Positions 47,052-55,125 of a stretch of 64,000 nucleotides of DNA are shown in pieces. Source of the DNA: Tepidisphaera sp. GTDB lineage: Bacteria; Planctomycetota; Phycisphaerae; Phycisphaerales; UBA1924. A program made the position numbers and the translations under genes. The notes under the pieces are model-generated. The model did not search any database, was not told where the DNA came from, and saw nothing but the letters and a program-made list of their open reading frames with translations. Each line of letters starts with the position of its first letter. The first letter of the stretch is position 1. The stretch lies in the NCBI GenBank assembly GCA_050916045.1, contig CP051526.1, positions 3,008,001 to 3,072,000 on the forward strand, written 5' to 3'.

Positions 47052-48497
47052 ATGAACGAGCCCGTATCCCTCCCAGGCGATGCTCCGCGACCACTGCCCC
47101 GCGTGCTTGGCTTCTGGGGCGTGACCGCGGTCATGATCGGCATCGTGATCGGGAGCGGCATCTTCCAGAAGCCCTCGACGATCGCTCAGGAGATCGGCGA
47201 CCCTTGGATGATCCTGGGCCTGTGGGTTCTGGGCGGGGTGCTCTCGCTTTGCGGAGCTTTCACCTACGCTGAGCTTGCGACGATGTTCCCGCAGTCGGGC
47301 GGGGTCTACGTCTTTCTTCGAGAGGGGTACGGCCGCGCCGGGCGCTGCATCGCCTTTGTCTTCGGCTGGACGTACATGCTCATCTCCAAGCCCTTCGCGG
47401 CCGCGGGGATCGCGTACATCCTCGGCATCAACGCCATCCCGCTGCTGGGCCTCGCCGTCATGAAGCCTGGCCCGGACGGGGTATCGATCCCCGACGCGGA
47501 CGCCAACGCGCTGCGGGCCAAGATCCTGACGTCGGTCGTGCTCATCGCCCTGACGCTCGTCAACATCCTCGGCGTCAAGCTCGGGGCCCGCGTCGCGGGC
47601 TTCCTCACGATCATCAAGGTCGGGGCTCTCGTCGCCATCGCGCTGCTGGCCTTCCTCGTCGGGGAGCGAAACCCGCAGGCCTTTGTCGCCAGCGCCCCGG
47701 CGGTCGAGAAAGCCTGGTACCTCGCCGCGGTGGTCGCCATGAGCGGGATCATGTGGACCTACGACGGCTGGAGCGACGTGGGCGCGATGGCGGGCGAGGT
47801 CAAGGACGCACGGCGTCGCCTCCCGATCTGCTACATCGCGGGCACGCTCGCCGTCACGGCGATCTACGTCGGCGTGAACGCGGCGTACTTCTGGATCATG
47901 TCGATGGACGAAATGCGGGCGGCCCCCGGCGGGAGCGTGGCCCCGGTCGTGGCGGGAAGGCTTCTGGGCGAGCACGCCGGCACGATCGTCGCGCTCATCA
48001 TCGTGGTCTCGACCCTGGGCAGCACGCACGGGTCGATCATGACGGGGGCCCGCGTGAGCTTCGCCCAGTCGCGGGACGGGCTCCTCTTCGCTTTCCTGGG
48101 GAGGACGCACCCGAGGTTCGAGACGCCGGCGGTGGCTTTGCTCGTCCAGGTCGCCCTCTCGCTCACCGCGCTCTGGACGCTGGCCGGCTTCAACGAGATG
48201 GCGGACGGCTTTGTCTTCACGATGTGGATCTTCTACGGGCTTGCGGGGCTCTCGATCTTCACGCTCCGCTGGACGCGGCCGGGCGCGGAGAGGCCGTACC
48301 GATGCCTGGGCTACCCGGTGGTGCCGGCGGTCTTCGTGCTGGCGGCCCTGGCGATGACGGTGCTCTCCGTGATCGACGACATGAAGAACCCGGCGACGAC
48401 CTACGCCACGCTGAAGTGGCTCGCGGTCCTCGCGGCGGGCGTGCCGGTCTATTTCCTCTGGGAGCGTCTCCGCGGGGCGAAAGCCCCGGCGGCCTGA
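47052..48497 (+). CDS. APC family amino acid permease
   Basis: GIVIGSGIF, GAFTYAELATMFPQSGGVY, WTYDGW, GEVKD, RPYRCLGYP. Confidence 0.93.
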   Translation: MNEPVSLPGDAPRPLPRVLGFWGVTAVMIGIVIGSGIFQKPSTIAQEIGDPWMILGLWVLGGVLSLCGAFTYAELATMFPQSGGVYVFLREGYGRAGRCIAFVFGWTYMLISKPFAAAGIAYILGINAIPLLGLAVMKPGPDGVSIPDADANALRAKILTSVVLIALTLVNILGVKLGARVAGFLTIIKVGALVAIALLAFLVGERNPQAFVASAPAVEKAWYLAAVVAMSGIMWTYDGWSDVGAMAGEVKDARRRLPICYIAGTLAVTAIYVGVNAAYFWIMSMDEMRAAPGGSVAPVVAGRLLGEHAGTIVALIIVVSTLGSTHGSIMTGARVSFAQSRDGLLFAFLGRTHPRFETPAVALLVQVALSLTALWTLAGFNEMADGFVFTMWIFYGLAGLSIFTLRWTRPGAERPYRCLGYPVVPAVFVLAALAMTVLSVIDDMKNPATTYATLKWLAVLAAGVPVYFLWERLRGAKAPAA

Positions 48498-48506
48498 GCC
48501 TTGCGG

Positions 48507-50207
48507 TCAGTCCTTCTTCTCTTCCTTCACGACCCTGGGGAGCAGATCCGGGGCGCAGGCGAGGTTGAAAGCCGTCACGGCCATGCACGTCGAGGACTGG
48601 CGGAGGTACGTCTCGATGGCGAGCTCGTAGGTGTCGTTCTGCGTGTGCCAGCCAAAGCCGTAGTCCGCCCGGCCCACCTCGTCCCAGAAGAACCCCGGCA
48701 CGCCGATCTGGTTGAAAGCCGCGTGGTCCGACGACCCGTGCGTCTCGATGTTCTTGCCCGTGTTCCTGACGTTCACATTCAGGTACTTCTTGTCCACTTC
48801 ATCGTAAAAGACGTTGTTGACCGGGGCCGTCGCCGCCGCGAGGTAGTCCACCTGGTTCTCCGCCGCGGGCAGGCCCCCCTGATAGTTCGTCCCGCCGTCG
48901 TCGACGAAGCAGGCGGAGACCGTCTTCAGGATCTCCTCCTTGTGAAGCTTGACGTACCCGCGCGCCCCGAGCAGGCCCTGCTCTTCGCCGGTCCAGTTGA
49001 TGAACCGGATCGTCCGCTTGGGCTTGGCGCCGCTCGCGGCCAGAATCCGGGCCGCCTCGAGGACGACCGCCGACCCCGTCCCGTTGTCCGTGGCCCCCTG
49101 GCTGCCGGGCCCGTCCCAGCTGTCGAGGTGCGCGGAGACGATCACGACCTCCTCGGGCTTCTCCGAGCCCTTGATCTCCGCGATGGTGTTGAAGCAGGGG
49201 ATCGGCCCTTGCGTCAGGGTGTGCTGCAGGTCGACCTCGATCTCCACCGGCTCCTTGTCGGCCAGGCGGGAGTTGATGCAGTCATAGTCGCTGAGGCGCA
49301 CGACGATGTGGATGTCATCGGCGATCTCGGACAAGGGGCGTTCCTTCCATCCGGGGGCCCCGCCGGTCCACACCCTCTCATCCCGGGTGGTTGAGATGAA
49401 CCCCGCGACGCCGTCAAAGATGAGCCGCTGGGGCAGGGCGATCTCTTCCTGCTTCTTCTTCCCCTCCGCGACTTCCTTCCTGGCCTCCGCCCTCGCTTCG
49501 ATGCTGGTTGAGAGGCGGCTCCTGACGCCCCGCATCCCGACGGCGGGCTCGGCGGGGAGGAGGATCCACTTGCCCTTGAGGGATTCGCGGACCGCGGCGT
49601 ACTCCTCATCGGTCGTCGGGGCCTTCACGACCTCCGCCCGGACCAACCCCTGCGTCCCCTTCGTCCACGCGGGGCTTGAGATCTGCATGTCGCGGACCTT
49701 CTTGTACTCGGTGACCTTCTGGCCATCCTTCTCGCGCTCATCGCGGAGGACCACGGTCGCCCGGGAGGGGCCGCGGTCAAACCGGGTCGCGATGGTGCCC
49801 CACTCTTCGAGGCGGGCATTCGACAGACCCCAGAGGTCGTACTGGGCCTTGGCCCACTTGTTGGCCGTTTCCAGGCGGGTGGAGCCGGTGAGGCGGGGCC
49901 CGATCTCCTTGGTCAGGTGCCTGAGGTGCTCCATGACCTGGTTGTTGTTCTTCCCCTCCTCCAAGATCTTCGCGATCGTCGCGGCATCCCCCATGGGGAT
50001 CGCCGGGACGGGGATCTCCTTGCCATCGACAATCGCGATGGCGGGGCGGGACGCTGCCGGGGCTTCTGCGGGCACCGCCGGGGTTTCCACGGGTGCCGCC
50101 GGGGGCGAGGGGGTAAAGGCGAGGGCGGGGGCGAGAGGCGCCAGCCCGGCCAGCAGGAAAAGCGAACCGGCGGAGAGGGCGCGGAGGGAACGGGAGCGGA
50201 TCTTCAT
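48507..50207 (-). CDS. Secreted M28 family metallopeptidase (carboxypeptidase Q-like)
   Basis: IGPRLTGS, SAHLDSWD, GATDNGTG, WTGEEQGLLG, SSDHAAF, WHTQNDT. Confidence 0.92.
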   Translation of the reverse strand: MKIRSRSLRALSAGSLFLLAGLAPLAPALAFTPSPPAAPVETPAVPAEAPAASRPAIAIVDGKEIPVPAIPMGDAATIAKILEEGKNNNQVMEHLRHLTKEIGPRLTGSTRLETANKWAKAQYDLWGLSNARLEEWGTIATRFDRGPSRATVVLRDEREKDGQKVTEYKKVRDMQISSPAWTKGTQGLVRAEVVKAPTTDEEYAAVRESLKGKWILLPAEPAVGMRGVRSRLSTSIEARAEARKEVAEGKKKQEEIALPQRLIFDGVAGFISTTRDERVWTGGAPGWKERPLSEIADDIHIVVRLSDYDCINSRLADKEPVEIEVDLQHTLTQGPIPCFNTIAEIKGSEKPEEVVIVSAHLDSWDGPGSQGATDNGTGSAVVLEAARILAASGAKPKRTIRFINWTGEEQGLLGARGYVKLHKEEILKTVSACFVDDGGTNYQGGLPAAENQVDYLAAATAPVNNVFYDEVDKKYLNVNVRNTGKNIETHGSSDHAAFNQIGVPGFFWDEVGRADYGFGWHTQNDTYELAIETYLRQSSTCMAVTAFNLACAPDLLPRVVKEEKKD

Positions 50208-50290
50208 GGTCCGAGTGTACCAAAAGGCGGTGGATGCGGGGGGATGGAGATGGGGGAATGCGGAGAGGGGTCGGGGGTGGCGGCGGGCGA

Positions 50291-50521
50291 GGGGTGGCTT
50301 GCGGAGCGCAAGCCATGGGTTGAAGAGCGCAAGCCATGGGTTGAAGAGCGCAAGCCACGGGTTGAGGAGCGCAAGGGCCGGGTTGAGGAGCGCAAGGGTC
50401 GGGTTGAGGAGCGCAAGGGTCGGGTTGCAGAGCGCAAGGGGTGGCTTGAGGAGCGCAAGCCATGGGTTGAGGAGCGCAAGGTGGGGGTTAGAGGGCGCAA
50501 GGTGGGGGTTGCGGGACGCGG
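50291..50521. repeat. 11 x 21-bp tandem array (variable 8-mer + conserved TTGMRGAGCGCAA core)
   Basis: Units start at 50291, 50312, 50333, 50354, 50375, 50396, 50417, 50438, 50459, 50480, 50501. Confidence 0.95.
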
Positions 50522-50682
50522 GCCATCCGCCCCCCTCCGCGCTCGCCCTGCGGCCGGGGGCGGACTATTCTTGTCGCTTGCATAAACATTGCCGACCCCC
50601 GTTCAGGTGCGTGGGTCGGCTTCCGCGTTGACCCCCACCTCTCGCACACTGCCAGCCCCCTGGCCGCCTCGGAGATTCGACC

Positions 50683-52059
50683 ATGACCGCAGCCACCGCC
50701 CCCGTCACCGGCCACAAAGTCTCCGTGACCGACGCGGGCCCCAGCCGCAAAAAGCTCAAGATCACCATCCCCGCCGATGAAGTCAGCGGCAAGCTCAAGG
50801 ACTCGCTGGACACCCTCGCCGTCGAGGCCGCCCTCCCCGGCTTCCGCAAGGGCAAAGCCCCCCGGGCCCTGGTCGAGAAACGCTTTGGGGCGATGGTCCG
50901 GGGTGAGACCAAGAGCCAGCTCGTCGCCTCGGCCTACCAGGCCGCCGTCGAGGAACAGAAGCTCAAGGTCGTCTCTTCGCCCGAATCCGCCGAGCTCGCC
51001 AAGCAGGAGCTCGAGCACGGCAAGGACTTCACCTTCGAGGTCGAGGTCGAGGTCATGCCCGACTTTGAGATGCCCGCGCTCGACGGGGTCAAGGTCAAGA
51101 AGCCGCTGATCGAGGTCCCCGACACCGCCGTCGAGGAAGAGCTCACCAAGATCAAGATCAACGAGGGCTCGCTCGAGTCCCGCGAGTCCGCCGAGCCCGG
51201 CGACTACCTCACCGGCCACGGCGTGATGGTCGGCAAGGACGGCACGAACTTCTACGACATCAAGGGGTGCGTCGTGCAGCTCCCCTCCAAGGAGAAGGCC
51301 CCCAAGGGCATGATCCTGGGCGTCATGGTCGAGGACTTCTCCAAGCAGTTTGGAAGCCCGAAGGTCGGAGACACGGCCACGATCAAGACCAAGGGCCCCG
51401 AGAACCACGAGGTCGAGGCGATCCGGGGCAACGACCTCACCATCACCTTCAAGGTGGACCGCATCGACCGGATCATCCCCTCCTCGACCGAGACCGTGGT
51501 CGCCATGCTCGGCATGGAGTCCGAGGCCCAGCTCAAGGAGGCCCTCAAGAACCGCCTCTCCCAGCGCGTGGCCACCCAGCAGCAGGTCGCGATGCGGCAG
51601 CAGGTCGCCAAGCACCTCACCGACACCGTCAAGATGGACCTCCCGGCGAAGATGGCCAGCTACCAGGCGGCCCGAATCCTCGAGAACCGTCGCATGGAGC
51701 TCATGTACCGCGGCGTGGACGCCCAGAAGATCGAGGAGCACATGGCCGAGCTCCGCACGGCCTCGGGCACGCTCGCCCAGCGCGACCTCAAGCTCTTCTT
51801 CATCCTCCACCAGGCGGCCGAAACCCTCGGCGTCACGGTCGATGAGAACGAGATCAACCAGCGGATCGCCCAGATGGCCTACGAGCGCAACGTCCGTCCG
51901 GACCGCCTCCGCGCCGAGATCATCCAGTCCAACCGCGTGGGCGCCGTGTACAACCAGATCCGCGAGCACAAGACCATGGACGCGATCCTCCAGAAGGCCT
52001 CGATCGAGGAGATGCCCGTCGAGAAGTACAACGAGCTGATGAAGAACCAGAAGGACTGA
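50683..52059 (+). CDS. tig: Trigger factor
   Basis: Ribosome-binding motif PGFRKGKAP, FEVEVEVMP, FKBP-like middle domain, highly biased codon usage. Confidence 0.95.
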   Translation: MTAATAPVTGHKVSVTDAGPSRKKLKITIPADEVSGKLKDSLDTLAVEAALPGFRKGKAPRALVEKRFGAMVRGETKSQLVASAYQAAVEEQKLKVVSSPESAELAKQELEHGKDFTFEVEVEVMPDFEMPALDGVKVKKPLIEVPDTAVEEELTKIKINEGSLESRESAEPGDYLTGHGVMVGKDGTNFYDIKGCVVQLPSKEKAPKGMILGVMVEDFSKQFGSPKVGDTATIKTKGPENHEVEAIRGNDLTITFKVDRIDRIIPSSTETVVAMLGMESEAQLKEALKNRLSQRVATQQQVAMRQQVAKHLTDTVKMDLPAKMASYQAARILENRRMELMYRGVDAQKIEEHMAELRTASGTLAQRDLKLFFILHQAAETLGVTVDENEINQRIAQMAYERNVRPDRLRAEIIQSNRVGAVYNQIREHKTMDAILQKASIEEMPVEKYNELMKNQKD

Positions 52060-52086
52060 GCTTCTCAGCCCGCATGAAACCACGAG

Positions 52087-52124
52087 GGCGGAAGGCCGGA
52101 ATGATCCGGCCTTCCGCCTTCTTC
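52087..52124 (+). terminator. Intrinsic terminator of tig
   Basis: GGCGGAAGGCCGGA-ATGA-TCCGGCCTTCCGCC followed by TTCTTC. Confidence 0.8.
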
Positions 52125-52156
52125 ATTCCCGCGGTCCTTCCCGCTACCATGCGCCC

Positions 52157-53107
52157 GTGACCGACGCTCCCGCTCCAGCCAGCCCGCTCGCTTCGATCAT
52201 CGACGGCACCGGCATCGCCGCCCGCGTCCGTGCCGACATCGCGTCGCGCGTCGCCGCGGTCAAAGCCCGGGGCGGCTCCGTGCGGCTGGACGCCGTCCTT
52301 GCCGACACGGGGGCCGACGCTTCCGCCCGCGTGTACGCCGAGAACCAGGCCAAGACGTGCGCAGCCGCGGGGATCGATTACAAGCTCCACATCCTGCCCG
52401 CGGGCTCGGGGTTCGACGAGATCGCCGGACGGATCCTGCTCCTCTCTTCCGATGATGCGGTCTCCGCGATCATGCTCCACATGCCCCTGCCGCCGGGCGT
52501 GGATGCGTACAAGGTTCAGCGGCTGATCGCCCCTGAAAAGGATGTCGAGGGTGTGAACCCGGCGAACATCGGCAACATCGTCTACGGGCGGAGCAGCCTT
52601 GCTCCGTGCACGGGGCTGGCGGTGATCCGGATGGTCGAAGAGGTCTTCGCCCCCGGAGCGGAGCAGCGGGCAACCGCCCCGGCCGCCAAGGACGAACCGC
52701 TCCTTCGCGGCAAGATCGCCGTCGTGATCGGAGCGAGCGACGTCGTGGGCAAGCCCATCGCGGTGCTCCTCATGCGGCAGGACGCGACGGTCATCAGCTG
52801 CAACAAGCACACCCCGGGCCTGCCGGACCTCACCCGCATGGCGGACGTTCTCGTCGCCGCCGCCGGCGTGCCGGCTCTGGTCACTCCCGACATGGTCAAG
52901 CCCGGAGCGGTCGTGATCGACGTCGGCGTGACGCGGGTGGTCGGGCCGGATGGCAAGGGCAAGACGGTGGGCGACGTGGCTTTCGAGACCGTCCGACGGG
53001 TGGCTTCGCACATCAGCCCGGTGCCGGGCGGGGTGGGCCCCGTGACGGTCGCGATGCTGCTCCGCAACGTCCTCGAAGCGGCGGAGCGGTCGAACGCGGC
53101 GGGCTGA
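52157..53107 (+). CDS. folD: Bifunctional methylenetetrahydrofolate dehydrogenase/cyclohydrolase
   Basis: IIDG, PEKDVEG, PCT, VIGASDVVGKP, KPGAVVIDVG, VGDV, SPVPGGVGPVTVAMLLRN. Confidence 0.95.
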   Translation: MTDAPAPASPLASIIDGTGIAARVRADIASRVAAVKARGGSVRLDAVLADTGADASARVYAENQAKTCAAAGIDYKLHILPAGSGFDEIAGRILLLSSDDAVSAIMLHMPLPPGVDAYKVQRLIAPEKDVEGVNPANIGNIVYGRSSLAPCTGLAVIRMVEEVFAPGAEQRATAPAAKDEPLLRGKIAVVIGASDVVGKPIAVLLMRQDATVISCNKHTPGLPDLTRMADVLVAAAGVPALVTPDMVKPGAVVIDVGVTRVVGPDGKGKTVGDVAFETVRRVASHISPVPGGVGPVTVAMLLRNVLEAAERSNAAG

Positions 53108-53292
53108 ATCGGTCGGATTCGGCGTTTGTTTGCGAACAACGGGCCGGCTTGATCGGTACCAGTGGGCAACTCGCGGCGTCGAGCGGCGTTCTGCACGGGA
53201 AGGGCTATGATCGGTTGCGGGTGTTCGGGGCGAACTGCCGACGCAGACGCGAGATGCGAAGCGGATCGGCGGACGGAAAGGCAGGAGGCTGT

Positions 53293-53661
53293 ATGGGATT
53301 GCTTGGACTTTTCGAAGGCATGTTCTCTCCGATGCACCTCCTGATCCTCGGGGGCATCGCCCTCTTGGTGTTCGGTCACCGCTTGCCGACGGTCGCGCGC
53401 GGCATGGGCCGCTCGATCGTGGAGTTCAAGAAGGGCCTCAAGGGCGTGGAAGAAGAGATCAACGACGAGTCCGATCGTGACCAGCGTCGCGACCGTGACC
53501 GTGAACGCGATTACGACGACCGCCCCCGCCGCCAGGTGGAAGAGGGCCGCGGGTACGAGCGTCTGCCCCGCGATGAGCGCGGCGGCGCAGCGGCCAACGT
53601 GCGCGTCAGCCGGGATGAACCCGCGACCGCGCCGGACCCGTACCGCGATCAGGCTCGCTAA
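53293..53661 (+). CDS. tatA: Twin-arginine translocase subunit TatA/E
   Basis: HLLILGGIALLVFGHRLPTVARGMGRSIVEFKKG; SD AGGAGG; charged tail. Confidence 0.92.
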   Translation: MGLLGLFEGMFSPMHLLILGGIALLVFGHRLPTVARGMGRSIVEFKKGLKGVEEEINDESDRDQRRDRDRERDYDDRPRRQVEEGRGYERLPRDERGGAAANVRVSRDEPATAPDPYRDQAR

Positions 53662-53664
53662 GCG

Positions 53665-54564
53665 TCACAGGCGGACGGCGATCAACTCAAAGACGGTCGG
53701 CAGCAGCACAAACGCGGAGGGGTTCTCCGCAGCGCGGTCCCATGCGCCGATCGCCGCTTCGCATTCCTGCTTGGTGAGGAATCCCGGCTCCACGAGCTTG
53801 GGCAGGAACGTCCTGAAGAACGTATCGGGCCAATGCCACATCGGGTCACCGCCACCGACGCCGCCGCTGGCGCCGACGCACACGCCGTTCTGATTGCGCT
53901 CGGTCTCGAAAGCCGCGGGCGAGCGGGCGACGCGCTGCACCGAATCAAGCCAGCGAACCTCGAACCCGGCTTCGCGGAGCATACCGGGGAGTCGTGCGAC
54001 GATGTCGGGATCGCCGCCGCGGGAACGCCAGCTGGTTGCGACGGCGTCGATTGCCCGCTCGAAGACCGCCTCGCGCGGTGCGATTTTGATCGAGTACTCG
54101 TAGTTGAAGTAGTCTTGGATGACGACGCGTCCGCCGGGCTTGATCACCTTGGCGAGGCCGCCGATGACGTCCTGAGGCCGCGAGACGAAGCAGAGGACCC
54201 AGCGGAGGTAGGCGAGGTCGAACGTTCCCTCGCGGCCTGGGAGGGCGTGCTCAAGGTTCTGAACGTCGCCAAGCACCCGCGCGACGTGCGTGAAGTGGCG
54301 TGCTTTGGCTTCCTCGCCGAGTTCCTTGAGGAAAGCCGCGGACTCGTCAAGACCGACGACGCGTCCCTGCGGACCGACGATCTGGGCGAGTTCCATCGCG
54401 GTGTGGCCCGGGCCGCAGCCTGCATCGAGCACGGACATGCCCGGACGCACGCCCGCGCGTTCCCACAGGCGGTGCGTGACCCAGGACCAAAGCCTGTGCT
54501 GAAGGCCGAGCCGCGCGGATTCATCGTGCCCGGTTCCAAGAACATACTCGGTCGTCGTCGTCAT
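53665..54564 (-). CDS. Class I SAM-dependent methyltransferase
   Basis: EYVLG...RLGLQH, VLDAGCGPG, GRVVGLD, FDLAYLRWVL, IKPGG. Confidence 0.9.
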   Translation of the reverse strand: MTTTTEYVLGTGHDESARLGLQHRLWSWVTHRLWERAGVRPGMSVLDAGCGPGHTAMELAQIVGPQGRVVGLDESAAFLKELGEEAKARHFTHVARVLGDVQNLEHALPGREGTFDLAYLRWVLCFVSRPQDVIGGLAKVIKPGGRVVIQDYFNYEYSIKIAPREAVFERAIDAVATSWRSRGGDPDIVARLPGMLREAGFEVRWLDSVQRVARSPAAFETERNQNGVCVGASGGVGGGDPMWHWPDTFFRTFLPKLVEPGFLTKQECEAAIGAWDRAAENPSAFVLLPTVFELIAVRL

Positions 54565-54617
54565 GCCGGAGGATAGGGATCCATCCGAATCGGGCGGCCG
54601 GCGCGTCCGGAGCACGC

Positions 54618-55070
54618 TCAGTCGGTGTTCCAGTCTTCCATGCGCTTGCGGACCTCGGCGATATGCAGCCGGAGGCTGTCCATCTCGAGCTTGGTCTTCT
54701 CGACCATGAGCTCGTGGAACTCCTTGCCGGCTTCGATACGGTCTTCGTTGAGGGTCCGCTGGGCGAGCTGGAGCTGCATGAGCTGGAGCTCGGCTTCGAG
54801 CTTGGCGATGGTGAGCTGGTTCATCCGCCGGTGCTGCTCGAACATCAGGTCGTTGCGTTCGGCGGTCCTGGCATCGTCGGCCTGCGGGGAGCTTTCGAGG
54901 GACTGAAGGGCGCGGACGGCTTCCATCGCCCGACGCTCGGCGGCGAGGCGTTCGCTCCGTTCGCGGCGGAAGATGAGGAAGAACGAGATGGCCAGAGCCA
55001 CGTACGCGACGACGGCGAAGGCCTGAAACACCTCATGCTCGGCGGCGGTCTGTGCCCAGACGGAGAACAT
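54618..55070 (-). CDS. Hypothetical protein (single TM + coiled-coil)
   Basis: TATGAT box 6 nt before ATG 55070; TM helix followed by heptad-rich E/L/Q/R region. Confidence 0.7.
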   Translation of the reverse strand: MFSVWAQTAAEHEVFQAFAVVAYVALAISFFLIFRRERSERLAAERRAMEAVRALQSLESSPQADDARTAERNDLMFEQHRRMNQLTIAKLEAELQLMQLQLAQRTLNEDRIEAGKEFHELMVEKTKLEMDSLRLHIAEVRKRMEDWNTD

Positions 55071-55125
55071 GGCGGAATCATACGGAGGATCCGACCGACG
55101 TTCCCGCGGCCGGTACACTCTGGAG

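Noticed and set aside
45549..48110. 853-aa minus-strand ORF (likewise 2004-3578, 50488-52083, 37994-39556 and many others)
   Set aside because: Overlap well-supported genes on the opposite strand; low-complexity or shadow-type composition
50291..50521. Possible CRISPR array
   Set aside because: Core only 13 bp, variable parts 8 bp and repeated, no cas genes in the window
50522..50682. tRNA upstream of tig (common in other bacteria)
   Set aside because: No T-loop GTTCRA or cloverleaf recognised; only simple hairpins
53470..53520. GACCGT-type short repeats in tatA
   Set aside because: They encode the ordinary RD-rich disordered tail
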